Assembly: GCF_009834535.1 (NCBI RefSeq) | Contig: NC_045696.1 | Span: forward strand, 58,282,001-58,346,000 | Reading direction: 5' to 3' | Length of the DNA stretch: 64,000 nucleotides | Source of the DNA: Camelus ferus | Taxonomy: Eukaryota | Part shown: in pieces, positions 1-13,210 of the stretch | Position numbering within the stretch: position 1 is the first letter of the stretch | How the letters are laid out: each line of letters opens with the position of its first letter | Made by a program: the position numbers and the translations under genes | Notes under the pieces: generated by a model | The model's database searches: none | What the model was told of the DNA's origin: nothing | What the model saw: the letters and a program-made list of their open reading frames with translations, nothing else

Positions 1-1574
1 AGCCGGGAGGGGCTGGGAGACCAGCGAGGAGGGGGGTGGGTCACAGAGCTGAACTAAGGCAGCCATGCAGACTGCAGAGAGGTTGTCTCCAGAGCAGCCA
101 GGGATCTCTTTTCTCTTGATTGAGAAAAAAAAAGGTGTAATCAGAAAGAAAAAGACAACCAATGACCCTGAAAGATGAGGGCTGGCTTGAATAAACACGG
201 CTGCTGCCTTTGAGAACGTGCAGGGCACTGTGCTAAACTCTTTCCCTGCAGGACCTCAGTTTGGCAAGAAAGCTGAGGGGTGCCCAGGGATCACCATTCT
301 CAGTTGACATGAGGAAACAGAGGTTAGTGAGGCCAAGGAGTGTGCACGAGCTTCCAGCACCACCTGATAACAGAGCGGGGATTTGAACCCGGGACTGTCT
401 GCTGCAGACACCCTGCTCTGGGCCTTTCCACACACCTCCCTCCCTCGAGGAGAACTGGCCCCTAGCCCTTCTGGCACCTGCCGAGCCCTGGCTCCATGCA
501 CTCTCCAAGCAGCCTTCGGAGTTTCGTTTGGTTTCCTGAGTTGGCTTCCCAACCAGAGAGAGCGCTTTCTGGCTATAAAGTATTAAGCTGACTTCCTGCT
601 GCATATCAGTCTCCTGTAAGTGGCTCTCCTGAGTGGCTCTGGAGAAAGAAATTCCAGAGGTTGGACGGTCAGGGCAGAGTCCAGAGCCCTACACCCAGGG
701 CACTGACAGTTACCTGACAGGCTTGGGGCCCAGCCTTGGCTGGACAGCCAGGGGCCAGGGTGGGTGGGAGACAGTGAGATGCTCCTTTCTGTCTCCACCT
801 CAGCTCAGCCCTTGAGCCCTTGGGGATCCTGGGGGAAGGGGGCTCCGCTGGTCCTCCTTCCCCAACCCCTCCCTCCCTGCCTTTATTCGAAGTCTCCACT
901 TGGCTGCCTGCCTGGGAAAGGAGGAGAAAAAGAGAAGGAAAAGAAAAGAAGAGGAAATGGGGGAACCAAGAGCAGGAAAGAATGCAATGAGCCTGCTGTC
1001 TGTTGGGAGGGGAAGGTGGTGGGGCGCACCCGTCACTCCCCCACCCCCACCCAGGGCCAGGAATGCCATCTTCCCACCCACCCATCACTCACCACTTGGG
1101 GGGCAAAGCTTAGCCAAGCTCAGCACAAAGATAAAATTGAGATGCAGATTCCTTCCCATTGCTCTGAATAGAGCAGATTGGATACGGATTTCCCTCTTTT
1201 CTTCCTATTTAGACCATCTGGGAGACTGGGGCCCCGAGAGAAGATTGGGACCAGGTGGGGGAGGGGGCAGAGGCTCGGAAAGACTGCCCCTCACTTTTCA
1301 TCTCCAGAACCTGAGGGTAAGGGTATGAGATGCCACCGCCACCCCTACCCCCTTTCCCAGGAGCAAGTTCATTCCCTGCCTCTGCACACTGTTCTCTGGG
1401 CTGGGCCAGGCTGGGTTGGAGTCACCTCTCCTCTGTGTATTTTTTGCAAACTCCAAGTCATGATTTGTCCCATCAGGGTTTGGCGTCTTTCCTACAGTCA
1501 CATCTACATCCCCCTAACTGCAAGTAAATTCATAGGGAAGATGGAAGGAAAATGTGAGCACAGAAAGTTTAATA

Positions 1575-1660
1575 GGAAGGGCTCTTAAAGATCATTTGGT
1601 TCAACCCTGTGTTTTACAGATGAGGAAAGTGAAGCTTGGGGAAGAGTATCTAGCTCAAGA
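1575..1660 (-). mobile_element. MIR/MIR3 SINE fragment
   Basis: Antisense MIR core: 'gatcatttggttcaaccc...ttttacagatgaggaaagtgaagc'. Confidence 0.6.
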
Positions 1661-1689
1661 TTGGGCAGGGAGCTGGTGGGAAAACAACA

Positions 1690-1905
1690 AAGACCATGTT
1701 AGTACGTGTCAGGCAGTGTTCTATGCTCTTTATATTATGCCATTTAATCCACACAATAACCCTATGAGGCAGGTACTATTATCATACCCATTTCATGGAT
1801 AGGGAAACTGAGGCACAGGCAAGCTAAGTAACTTGCATAAGGTCAAACTGGTAGAAGCCAGATCCAAACCCAGGCAGTGGGGTTCCAGAGCCTGCCCCTT
1901 GCACA
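1690..1905 (-). mobile_element. MIR SINE
   Basis: 'tttaatccacacaataaccctatgaggcaggtactattatc...ggaaactgaggcacag...aaacccaggcagt' is the reverse complement of the MIR consensus. Confidence 0.85.
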
Positions 1906-2736
1906 ATCTCAGTGCACCACGTGGGAAAATGGAGTTATTTGACAGAGCCTTGCGAGTGGAGCCGAGGCCTGGCAGGCTTCGTGCTAGAGCTCAGGCTGCT
2001 CCAGGGATCAACTGCAGATGGGCAAACCTCTAAAGCACAGTCCACAACAATTCTGCATTTATAATCATGGAGTCTGGACTCGCTCCCATGAACAGAGTAT
2101 ATCAGCATAAGGTAAGCCCTGAAAGCAAGAATAGAAAGAAGTGTTTACATTACTTGACAAAACGAGCAAGTGTGAACCTCGTGAGGGCAACTTTGTAGGA
2201 GATGATGTGTGTGTCAAGGAGTATGGATCAGATGCAGGAGGAAAGGACCCAGCATTCAGGGAAACACCACGGATTAGAATCAGGACCCAGCGTCACGGTT
2301 GCAGCGCAGCTTAAATGAAATAAGGTGAGTAGCATGCTTGGTTCAGACAAATATTCAGGAGTGGTAGTGGTCGTGGTTGTACTAAGGTTGTATGGCGATG
2401 AGGAGGGACTTTTTTTCTGTTTTCCAAACATTCTGTAATATTTCATTGTTTTTGCGAGGAAAAAGAAAACAAAGGAGACTTGCCTCCTTTAATTGCTGGA
2501 ATTAAATGCTAAGGATGTTGCCAAACAAATCAAGCTTATCTATTCATTAGAGCAGCCTCCTTTTCCTCCTCCCCATGGGCAAGCTCTCTCCATGGAAATA
2601 TTTTGCTATCAGATATTTAGTTGCTGTATAAAATGAAAATTGCATTTGAAAACATGCCTTCAGCTCAAAAACAGCCCATAAATCCAGCAAAAGGCACATC
2701 CACTTGCTCAACATAAACCTTTGTGGGGAGGGTCCA

Positions 2737-3345
2737 TTTTTTTTTAATTGAAGTATAGTTGATTTACAATGTCATGTTAATTTCTGGTGTACAGCACAGT
2801 GATTCAGTTGTACATATATATATTCTTTTCCATTATAGGTTAAACTATTGAATATAGTTCCCTGTGCTATACAGTAGGACCTTGCTTATCTATTATGTAT
2901 CTAGAGGTTTATATCTGCTACTCCCAAACTCCTAATTTATCCCTCCCCCCACCTTTGGTTTCCCCTTTGGTAACCGTAAATTTGTTTTCTATGTTGGTGA
3001 GTCTGTTTCTGTTTTGTAAGTAAGTTCATTTGTATCCCTTTTTTAGATTTCACATGTAAGTGATACCATATGGTATTTGTCTTTCTCTGACTTACTTCAC
3101 TTAGTATGATAATCTCTAGGTCCATCCATGTTGCTACAAATGGCATTATTTTATTCTTTTTTATGGCTGAGTAGTATTCCATTGTATAAATATACCACAG
3201 CTCCTTTATCCAGTCATCCTTCAATGGACATTTAGGTTGCATGTCTTGGTTATTGTAAATAGTGCTGCTAGGAACACTGGGGTGCATGTATCTTTTCAAA
3301 TTAGAGTTTCATTTCTCCTGGATATATGATCAGGAGTGGGATTGC
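2737..3345 (-). mobile_element. 5'-truncated artiodactyl/camelid L1 (ORF2 C-terminus + 3' UTR + poly-A)
   Basis: Poly-T followed by 'aattgaagtatagttgatttacaat'. ORF 2937..3299(-) encodes 'WYIYTMEYYSAIKKNKIMPFVATWMDLEIIILSEVSQ', the conserved L1 ORF2p C-terminus. Confidence 0.92.
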
Positions 3346-3439
3346 AGAGAGTTCTACTCCCTCACCTGAGCATCGTTCTCAGCACCTGGAAAGGCAGTTC
3401 TCCTATAATCTAGAGAACTCCTAAAGAGAGGCATGCTGC

Positions 3440-3615
3440 TGATGGTTGACAACGGTGTGAATGTTCTTAATGCCACTGACCTGTACATTTAAAAACAGTT
3501 AAAATGGGTTTGGTGGAAATATAAAATGGTGCAGCTGCTATGTAAAACAGTATGGATGTTCTTCAAAAAATTAAAAGTATAATTACCCTATGACCCAGCA
3601 ATTCCACTTCGTGTA
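3440..3615 (+). mobile_element. L1MB-type LINE fragments (left of the Tigger1 insertion)
   Basis: 'tggtggaaatataaaatggtgcagctgctatg...ccctatgacccagcaattccac' is old L1 ORF2-end sequence, preceded by a short L1MB 3'-end piece at 3440-3507. Confidence 0.8.
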
Positions 3616-4062
3616 CAGGCATACCTCACTGTATTGCACTTTGCAGTAATTTGTTTTTCACAAATTAAAGGTTTGTGGCTGCCCTGCATTGAGCCAGTCT
3701 ATCGGTGCCATTTTCCAACAACATTCACTCATTTCATGTCTTTTTGTCACATTTTGGTAATTCTTGCAATACTTCAAACTTTTCATTATTATTATATTTG
3801 TTATGATGATCTATGATCGGTCATCTTGGATGTTACTATTGTCATTGTCTTGGCATTTTTTAGCAATAAAGTTATTTTAAATTAAGGTTGTACACTTTTT
3901 TAGACATATGCTGTTGCACACTTATCAGACTACAGTATAGTGTAAACATAATTTTCAGATGCACTGGGAAACCAAAAAATTTGTATGACTTGCTTTATTG
4001 GAATATGCACTGTATTGTGGTGGGTCTGAAACTGAACCCGCAGTATCTCCAAGGTATGCTTA
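3616..4062 (+). mobile_element. Internally deleted Tigger1 (TcMar) DNA transposon
   Basis: Starts TA|CAGGCATACCTC and ends 'atctccaaggtatgct(ta)', giving terminal inverted repeats. The interior matches the Tigger1 left and right ends with the transposase missing. Confidence 0.9.
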
Positions 4063-4583
4063 TTATATCCCAAAAAAACTGAAAGCAAGGACTTGAAAAG
4101 ATACTTGTACACCCATGTTCATAGCAGCATTATGTGAAATAGCCAAAAGGGGGAAGCAACCTAAGTGTCCATCAAAAGATGAATGAACAAACAAAATGTC
4201 TTATTATCATACAATGAAATATCATTCAGCCTTCTAAAGGAAGGAACGTCTGACACATGCTACAACATGATGAACTTTGAAGAAATTAAGCTAAATGAAA
4301 TAAGCCAGGCACAAAAGGACAAATATTGTATGATCCCACTTACATGAAGAAAGAGACAGAAAGTAAGGTGGTGGTTGCCAGGGACTGGGAGAGGGGAGAA
4401 CCGAGGGCTGTTGTTTACTGGGTACAGAGTTTCCATTTACCAGACGAAAAGAGTTCTGCAGATGGATGGTGGTGGTGGTTGCACAACATTGTGAATGTTC
4501 TGAATACTACTGAACTGTACAGAAAAAATAGTTATGATGATAAATGTTATGTTATGTGTACGTACCCACAATTTTAAGAAAAA
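4063..4583 (+). mobile_element. L1MB-type LINE 3' end (continuation after Tigger1)
   Basis: 'gatacttgtacacccatgttcatagcagcatt...gccaggcacaaaaggacaaatattgtatgatccc...tactactgaactgtac'. Confidence 0.88.
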
Positions 4584-4985
4584 GAGCTCCTAAAATACAA
4601 AAGATTGAGGAGGACCAGAGGACCCCAGGGGATGTGCTGCTGACCTCCCAGAGGATGGGGTCTGCTCCTGCTCACCCCACAGTGTGGCGCCCACCGCCAG
4701 ACCCTCCCTCTCCTGCAGGGCATGCTTGCCCCTGATCAGTGAGTGAAGTGAGCCCCCTACTGTCCAGCCACACCTTGGCTACCTGGCCAGGGCATCAGGC
4801 AGCCCAGGGCCGAGGTGTGGGCAATGGGAGAAAGAGTTAGACACGGCTGCCCCTGAAGAGCTGAAACCACTCATTGGAGCGGGGTGGGGGGTGGGGCAGA
4901 AATGTTTAGTGAGTCCCTGAATACACTGTGAATGAGGCAAGGGCAGGTCTGAGGCAGGAGTTCCCATGAACCGTTTACTTGCCAC

Positions 4986-5449
4986 TGTCTTCCTTCCCTG
5001 TTGCTGCTGTGACCCAATCACCTTCAAAGACACAGGTATTCTCTTACAGTTCTGCACGTTAGAAGTCTGACATGGGTCTCACTGGGCTGAAATCAAGGCG
5101 TCGGCAGGGCTGCATGCCTTCCTGGAGGCTCCAGGGGAGGGTCCATTTCTTGGCTTTTTCCAGCTCCTAGAGGCCACCCACATTCCATCTTCAGAGCCAG
5201 CATCACTGCCCCTCTCTAACGCTTCTTCGGCAATTACGTGGCCCCCTATCACAGCTGGGAATGGTGCTCTGCTTTTAAGAACCCTTGTGATTACAATGGG
5301 CCTAACTGGATAGTCCGGGACAACCTCCCCATCTCGAGGACCTTCACTGAGTCACTGCAAAGCCCCTTTGCTGCAAAAGGGAACACATTTACAGGTTCCA
5401 GGGGTAAAGATGTGGATGTCTCGGGTGGACCATTATTCTGCCTGCCACA
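4986..5449 (-). mobile_element. MLT1D-like MaLR solo LTR
   Basis: TG...CA ends. Interior 'gaaatcaaggcgtcggcagggctg', 'gataa/gtccgggacaacctccccatctc', 'ccattattctgcctgccaca'. Flanks gccac/cccac resemble a 5-bp TSD. Confidence 0.85.
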
Positions 5450-6639
5450 CCCACCGTACGGACTCCCACCCAGTCATCCACACGCAGCAACCACTTCTGG
5501 CATCCAGAGACTCTTCTGTGCATGAATTTCTAAAGAAAGAAGAGCAGCAGCAGGAAAAAGATCATCATCAAGTCATGGCCACATTCTTGGGGAGGAAAAA
5601 AGAGGCTACTGCTGAGGGGACGGTCAGGGAGCGCGATGTGGGAACCCAAGGGGGTGGGGAGAGAGGACCAGAGGTGGGAGACCACACGTACAGGGAAGGG
5701 GAGCAGTGTGCCCCATGGGAAAGAAGACGGTCACAAAATGCAAGGGGAGACTCTGGGAAAGACCTGACAGGTGAACTGCTCTTCAGACCCAGAAATTCAT
5801 GAACACTGGCACCAAAGTTTTACCAAAGGGTGATTATTCTTCACTTCCCAAAAGGATTTTCCAAAGCATTCTTCAAGTAATGAGTTCCACTGTGTTCCTA
5901 AAATAGGATTTATACCCAATTTTTCAGTAACACATAAAGGGATGCTTGTAAATCTATGGAAATGAAGTGAGACCAGTAACATCTGCCACCTTCTGTGCTG
6001 GTGGTGTCAGAGGGGGCGGGGAGGCACCACCAGTGGGGGGAGGGGGGTGCACTCAGACTCCAGCCTCCAATTAATCCTCAGACAACCTTCCCTCATATGA
6101 CACATGCACAACCCAAGGGTGGGTGGAGGGGCGTGGAGGAAAGCAACAGTTCGGGCTCTGACTCCAATGTCCTGTTCCTTCTGCCTGTCCTTAGAGAGGA
6201 GAGATTTTTCAGGGCAGTAGAGTCATGCATCTCTGTCAGCAGCAGAAGTGCCTCCCTCCTCCATGCACACATACTGCTTATGTAGTGGGGCATTTCTGGG
6301 GTGATCCTGAAACTTTCAATTAGGGACAACAACTTGCATTCTGAAGTTATTAGAGAGAAGACTCCAAATGGCCTGAAAAGGGAGAAACTGCCATGATGTA
6401 AATGGCTGATTTCCTGTGTCTTTGGGGAGCCAGTGAACACATGGTACCAGCAGGAACAAGGGCTCAGGCCCCTTTGCCTCCCTTCCTTGGCCACAGAGCC
6501 TGCTGGAAATACTCCTTGGGCTTCAGAGTAGATAATATAGAAGACAGTGCCTTAAAAATCTTTGACCCTGTATCTACTTTTCTGTCATTACACATTACAA
6601 GGTCCAGGTTCCTTGCAACCTCTCACTTGGCCCTAACTC

Positions 6640-6995
6640 TCATTTCTGGTTCTTTCATCCAGATACGTGGTTCTCCTCTCAGTCCCCTCTTCTCTCACTG
6701 ACTGCTCTTGGCACCACTCCTTTGTCTCCAGGGTTTCCACTTCCACCCCAGCTCCATCAGCACCCCAGACCTCCAGCCCTTCTCTTCTGGACTCTGGACC
6801 ACAAAGCCATCTCCATCTCAGTGACACCGAGACATTTCCACTGCAGCCTGCCCCAAATGAAGTTGTCACCTTTCTCCCTTAACCTGTTCCTCCCACATCC
6901 CCCATTTCTGTCAATGGAAGCCCAGTGATCCTGTCTCACTAGATTCCCAGATTCCCCTCTCCCTCATCTCCCACATCCAACCCATTGTCTAGTCC
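6640..6995 (+). mobile_element. L2 LINE fragment
   Basis: Pyrimidine-rich L2-like text 'cccatttctgtcaatgg...ccctctccctcatctcccacatccaacccatt'. Confidence 0.6.
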
Positions 6996-6997
6996 TC

Positions 6998-7268
6998 AGA
7001 GCTGGCAGGCAACACATGAGCTATGTGCACAGGGATGGGGCGGGGCGGTGGGAGGACGCATCCCCATCTGGACAAGACGGCTCTGTGACTCAGCTCTCTT
7101 CTCCAGATTGTTGCCTTCCCAGGACTAGGGGCCCAGATCCATCCATTTTTAAAGAAAGTCTTTGCTTCTGGATTTATATGAAATTCCCTTATTTTTAAGT
7201 GCAAGTAATTATTTGCATTTTTGGAAATCCCTATGCATGCCAAACAAAATATGTCTGTGACCTCAGGG
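6998..7268 (-). mobile_element. MER102-like hAT-Charlie element inserted in L2
   Basis: 'actcagctc...gattgttgcc...gggcccag...tggatttatatgaaattccc...gccaaacaaaatatgtctg' resembles the MER102 reverse complement. Confidence 0.65.
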
Positions 7269-7868
7269 TTTCAGCCTCTCCCCCACTATTCCTTCTCTCC
7301 TTTCCCAATGCCGACATGCCAAAATGCCCACGCCCCCTCCTGGCCAAGGGAACCACGTCCTCAGGATCTCCCTGGGCCATTTTCTACATCTTCCCTCCGC
7401 TGGTCTCAAGCCCCACTGAACCAATGTTGGGCTTTTCAGCTTTAGAGTCAGGCCCTCCAAAGGTGGGGAGAATGGTGAGGGTGAGGGAGACAGAGAAGAG
7501 AAGGCTGATGCCACTTGGAGTGACAGGGCCATTAATTAACAAAGGCAAACATCTGCTGTTTAATTAACACCTTTCCTTCTCTTTCATCCTCTCTCCTGGT
7601 TTCCCTTCCCAGAGGGGCTCCCTCATGGGTGACACTGAAGCAGAAACCAGGAGGGCAGATGTGGGAAATGGGATGGGAGGTCCTGGCTGGAGGAGGCAGA
7701 GCAGAGGAGTGCGGAGTGATGGTCTCCGTGTGCGGAAGGGGAATAGGACAGGCTGGGTCAAGCAGGTTTGTGTTTCAGCAGGAGGCACTCCGATTGGTCC
7801 AGAAGTTCCTTGAGCAGGAGCTGGGAGCAGGAGTGCAGTGCCTAGGATCGTACACGGAAGTCTGCAGC

Positions 7869-8311
7869 TGTGGCAATGTTGCTGGTTGCCTCCCTGATAC
7901 CCTTTGTAAAGTGTGGCTATGTTCCTAGTCCCAGGTGAGGCGCTTTCTAACCTCTCCTGCAGTTAGGGGTGGCCATGTGCATAGTTCCGGCCAAAAAGAA
8001 CTAAGCAGTCAGCTACAGATTCTGGGAAAGGGTTGCATTCTTTGCAAGAGAATAGACTCAGCTGACACCACTCCTTCCATCCTGCCATGCAGAAAAATGT
8101 GATGTCATGAGCTATAGCAGCCATTTTGATACAATGAAACAGGCCAGGAGGATAACAGATTCTCCTGATGCTGTTGAGCCAGTGGGCAAAGACCAGCAGC
8201 TGCTGCCACTTCCAAACCTCTTGTTAAATGATTAAATAAGTCCTGATGTCTAAAGTTATTGTAAGCAGCATTGTCTGTTTCTTGCAGCCAAAAGCATTCC
8301 TAAGTGATACA
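7869..8311 (+). mobile_element. MLT1I/J-like MaLR solo LTR
   Basis: 'gcagttaggggtggccatgtg...gagctatagcagccatttt...ttcttgcagccaaaagcattcctaagtgataca'. Confidence 0.8.
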
Positions 8312-8474
8312 CTCTTCTCTAAAACCTCTTCTCTCCAGGGAGATAATGAACTGACCACTAGTTTAATTAGAGGTGAGTGAAGTCAAGAGCAGACAGAGCA
8401 TTTGCCAGACTGGATTGCCCAGGACCTGAGATTAGAGCCTGGACAGTTGACAGCAGTGTGAGCCATGTCTACAT

Positions 8475-8597
8475 TAGATCATGAGCTCCAAGGGGAACGT
8501 TCTCATCACTGCCTCCCCAGAGCCAAGCACAGAGCCTGCCATGGAGTGGGAGCTCAGCTGTATGTGATTGTGAATGAATACATGAATGGATGGATGT
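8475..8597 (+). mobile_element. L2 3' end
   Basis: 'ccccagagccaagcacagagcctgcc...tgtgaatgaatacatgaatgg' with the (TGAA)n tail. Confidence 0.7.
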
Positions 8598-10934
8598 GCC
8601 ACTTCCTGGCACAGGTGTCCCAGTGACAACCAGCTGGCAGGAAGGGACTGTCTAGCAGCTAGCTTGTATCTAGCTGATTCAAGACTCACCCTTCTCCAAA
8701 GCCCAGCTTAGAACCCTTCTCCCCTTCAGAAGCCCCCATATCCAGTTCCTATGATGCCCACCTACCCTCCTATTTGGCATTCAATCAAACCTCCCCATTT
8801 GTTACATATCTGGCTCCTTGGGTAGACTAAAAACCCCTTAGGCAGATGCCACAATCCTTTTAAAGCCCCCACAAACTACCGGTGTCTTGAACACAGAAGA
8901 TAGTTGATATTTTTATTTGAGGTTGTTACTTTGGAGGGGTGCTAAGAGATGGAAGATTTAAAGAGTTTCTCAGAAAAGAGCTCCCCTAAAAGGAATAGTC
9001 CCCAGATATCTGTAGTACACCTGAAATTTAACCATTAGAAATGGACTACTTTGACTAGTTGAGTTAGTTACCTTAAAGTAAAACCCTTAATCACTCTCAG
9101 CAACAGTTTGTATAATGGGACTAAAATCTGTTTCCTAGTGCCCTTGTGTGAATCCAATAAACATGAAAGTTCATTTTAAGAATGTTTATTAAAATAAGCA
9201 TTTAAATATGATTAGTCAAGGAAGAATTATCCCAGCAATCATTGACTTTGGAGCGCAAGCTTGGAGACTTAGGATGGAGGAGAATCTTAGACTCCCCCCT
9301 TCCCAGCCACCCCCAAAACGACCTCTATGTGGTCTTCATAAGTATGTGAGGAACTTCTTGAGTTTAATTAATGTGCTATTTCATGGGAGAGAGAGGAGAG
9401 GACAAATGTGGGGGTGTAGCAGGTGCTGTTGGCACTCTGCCAGATCCTTATTTCTGGGTCAGCGTACTCATCCCCCATCTCCCAACAACCTTCTGCAGAG
9501 GCCAGCTCTTAGCCTAGGGCGGTCCCCTCACAGAGACTAGGAAGCAACACTGACATGCAGAGTATAAAAGCCCAGCCCCCATCTCGGTGTAACAACTTCT
9601 GTGGTGCGGTTATCATCCCAGGACTCCCAGTGGGACCAGGCGGGCTTCCCTGATAGAGCCTCTCCACCTGGCTCTGTCCTCCGTCCTGCTTCCCCAACAC
9701 ACTCCCTGTCAGCCACGTGCGCAGAATCCCAGCTCGGGGATGCTTCCAGGGGACCTGACCTAAGGCAAGCCCTTAGGAGGCCTTCGCAGAGTGGGGATGA
9801 CAAGGAGGTAGGGGAAGAAGTGAGCTGCAGTCAGGACCAAACTGCACACTTCTTGTTTGGCCCCGGGGTTCTGCCCCCTCACTCCCTATGCAAGACGAAG
9901 TGTGGGCCAGGCCAGCCCTCCACCACTTCCAGGGTGGCAGTCTTGACCTTCAGCCCCATGCTCTCCTGTTCTCCAAGGCAGTGTGTGAATCTTCTCCAAG
10001 GCCCCACACATTTTTCCTGGAAAGTTGCAAAGCCAGAAATCAATTGGTCTCCATGTCACCAGATAACGTTTAGGCTCATAGACTCACAGGATTAGTGTAA
10101 AAAGGGCCTTGGGAGACAGTGCAACTTCCCTTCACACTTTAATCTGGATTATAGGTCTGCATCTGTGCTCTCCTCTAGCGTTATAATCGTGATAATTGTG
10201 GTCGGCTTTATTCTGTGCTAAACCATTTACACAGCTGTATGGAAACAGAAATGCATGGATGCTAATCCCCCTCCCCAGGCCCTTTTCTCAGGGCTGGTCT
10301 CCCCATAAGCAATGAACCCGAGTCAGAAGGGACAGTGGTCCTGGGGGTGACTTGCCATGGGGTGGGGTGCAGGTTGAAAGGGCCCAGGTGCTATGCCTTT
10401 TAGTTTGGAGGGTGGGAGGGCAGCTGTTTGCAACCCAAGCCCCCACACCAACACAACTGGAAATATCAGTTTTTTGTAAGACAGGGCAGAGGGAAGTCAA
10501 GTTCATTTGGATCTTCTTGAGGCTCATAATGCCTTGTGAGACATCTGAGGTCATCCTGTCTATTCTCCCCGGCTCCAGGTAAGACAGCTCCTCGCCGCTC
10601 CAGGGCAGCTGGATTTGGGGATGGGAGAGGTCACTTAGTGACCACACCCCATCAGTGCTGGGGCATTCTTGAGTCTTTTTTGCACCAGAAGCCAACATTT
10701 ATCAAGGACCCTAATAAATGCCAAAGGGGCTGAAGAATTGGGGGAGGACAGCCTCTCTCTTTAGGGGAACCCATCCTTTGAGAAATTCATGGTCTTCTGC
10801 TCACTTCTTAATGCTTACGTCTGAGTCCATCTTCCTGAGTCCACCAATGACCCCAACTTGTCAAATCCCAGATACCAGGTGTTCTGGTGAAAATACATGG
10901 TTTCTGCTCTCTTATGACTGTATCTAAGCTTTAT

Positions 10935-11138
10935 TGTGTTCTTTGTTCTATGACAGTGTGTTAACTGTTTTACATAGGTTATTTTATCCTCACCATATGC
11001 CTATAAAATAGGCTATATTGCTTTTTGACAAGTGGGAAAACTGAGAGGTTGGGTTGCTCGCCCAGAGTCACACAGCCAATGGCCGAGCCAGAATCTGGCC
11101 TCAGGTCCATTCAATGCAGAAGCCCATGCTCTTAGCCA
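10935..11138 (-). mobile_element. MIR SINE
   Basis: 'gaaaactgag...cccagagtcacacagcca...gagccagaatct...gcccatgctcttagcca'. Confidence 0.75.
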
Positions 11139-12186
11139 GCCTACTTCCCACCTCCCTCCAGGGCTGCTGGAGAGGTGGAGTCCCCCAGGAAGGAAGGCGG
11201 GGGCTTGGTGCTCTCTCCAGCTGCGGGGGTGCAGAGCAGGGAAGCTTCCCGGGCCTCCTCCTCAACTCTGTCCCCAAACCCGAGTCCAGGGCATTACCTC
11301 TCTCCCAACCCAGAGGTTCCTCCCTACGTCCCATCCCACGCTGGGTTCTGAATCCCTTTTCATCTCCTCTGGTCTGGAATGCCTGCTGCCATCAGGGCCA
11401 CTGGTCATTATGTCCTGTTCCCACCTCTGCAACGAGTAGCTCCTGCTCTTCTCCTATCCTGCTCCACCCCCCAGACATCACAGCCCCTGGTCCTTCCAGC
11501 CTTCCTGGAGCCCACCTGTATTTATGCTTGTGGGATAAGCAGAGTCCCCCAGGCCCTGCTGAGCAGCTCACTGCTGCGGGACCTGCATTCTTCCTCAAGA
11601 GCCGTCCCTCTCCAGTCACTGCTCAGCAGCTGAGCCAGCAGCGGGGGTGGCAGAGAGCAGCGAGGCAGATAATCCAAGGTAGCAGGGAATGTAAAAATCA
11701 TCTCTGTTTGGCTGTGGAAGGTATTTTTGGACCTACAGTTGAATGTGGGTGTGTGCGATGTGCTGGGAACTCACAACACTTCAAACCAAATCCTGAAGCG
11801 AAACCAGCAGGACCTGACTGCTGGTCTTAGGAATTAGAAAACCATCGTCTACTCTGCTCCTATTTCCTGCTGAGCGCGGTGGCTCAGTGTCTCAGCTGAC
11901 ATTCAGGGTCAGCTGAAGCAGAGCTGCTCCCTCTCTGCAAGTCAGACCCACCCTGTCCCCTGACCCAGAGCCCCCGGTGTCTGCCTGACAGGGACTGGGC
12001 AGCCACATGAGTGAGGCCAGCTCGGGTAACACAGGAGGGTGTGGCAAAGTGAGGGGTGGAACCTGCAGAAGGGCATGGCCACTCTGCAGGGCAGCTGCTG
12101 CTCAGCTCCAGCTGATGACAGGAGCCAAACACAACACATCTTTGAAAGCATCTGGCCCACTGACAACCAGTTTGCAATCTCCAGTC

Positions 12187-12363
12187 CCTGGATCTCACAC
12201 TTCAGCATCCATCAGAATCTCCTAGAGGGCTTGTTAAAAGTGGATCGCTGGGACCCATCCCTGGAGTTTGTGGTTCAGTAGTTCTGAGGTGGAGCCAAGA
12301 ATTTGCATTTCGAACAAGTTCCCAGGGGATGCTGAGTCCAGGACGACACCCTGGGAACCGCTG
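12187..12363 (-). mobile_element. MER5A (hAT-Charlie MITE)
   Basis: 'catcagaatctcctagagggcttgttaaaa...gaatttgcatttcgaacaagttcccagg'. Confidence 0.85.
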
Positions 12364-12509
12364 TTCTAACCTGGTGGCTATACAACAGGGGAATCTTACA
12401 CTTCCTCACCTTTAACCTTTAATAGTCCTCCTGTGTCAACCTAAGAGGTAACCACATCCTTAAGAAGTTGAAAGTCAGGTGTATGTTGAGGAAGGATGGG
12501 CACATCTTG

Positions 12510-12728
12510 ACTGAATGTCAACCAGGCATCAGAAGCGCTCATGAACAACCTTTCATTTAGTCATTGCAGCATTCTCGCCAGGGAGGTGTTACTGCTCCCA
12601 CTTCATTGCTGAGGATCTAAGGCACAGAGATGGTCATGACTTGCCCAAGGCATACAGCTAGTAAGTGACAGTCCTGGGACTGAAATCCACATCAGCCTGA
12701 CTCCACTGCCCATGCTTTTGCTAAGCCA
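12510..12728 (-). mobile_element. MIR SINE
   Basis: 'aggcacagaga...gacttgcccaaggcatacagctagtaagtgacag...gcctgactcc'. Confidence 0.8.
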
Positions 12729-13084
12729 TCAAACTCCACAGAGAAACAAGGCTCATCTAATAAAGATGCCTTCTTTCTGGGGATTGAGCAGAATAGCCTC
12801 CTCTTTAAGGGTCCTCCAAGTCTGTCCACTGGGGCAACTCTCACAGAGCTGGATCAAGAGCCAGAAAACACTACAGGCATCCTTTGCCTCCCTTCAATGG
12901 AAAGGATCAATCAAGACCTGTTTTTTGGGCACTGCCCAGTGGCTATGATCCCCAGAAGACAGGATGGGCTGACTCTGGGGCAGCACAGGGCACTACAAAT
13001 GCCAAGCTTGAGGAGGTCACTCCTGAATAAAGCACCTTAGTCCTTGGGAATACAGCAGAGCTGGATGGAAGAATTGTCTGGTTA

Positions 13085-13210
13085 ATGTCTGTAAACTCCT
13101 AAGGGCAAGAACCATGTCTGTTTTGCTCAGCACTGTACCCCTAGCTCCTAACACAACACCTGATGTGTAGTCAACACTGAATTATTTGTTGAATCAGAGA
13201 ATGACTGAAC
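13085..13210 (+). mobile_element. L2 3' end
   Basis: 'tgtaaactcctaagggcaagaaccatgtctgttttgctcagcactgtaccc...tatttgttgaat'. Confidence 0.8.

Noticed and set aside
574..621. Plus-strand TATAAAG, Inr-like TCAGTC and GTAAGT donor
   Set aside because: The implied first exon would be only about 10 nt. Isolated TATAAAAG motifs also occur near 9563, 16468 and 53908 without other support
2067..2117. ATG...AAG|GTAAGC mini coding exon (MESGLAPMNRVYQHK)
   Set aside because: Peptide not recognised, no downstream partner exon found, and such donors occur frequently by chance
11054..11830. 258-aa ORF
   Set aside because: Begins inside an antisense MIR, low-information Pro/Ser/Leu content, no homology recognised
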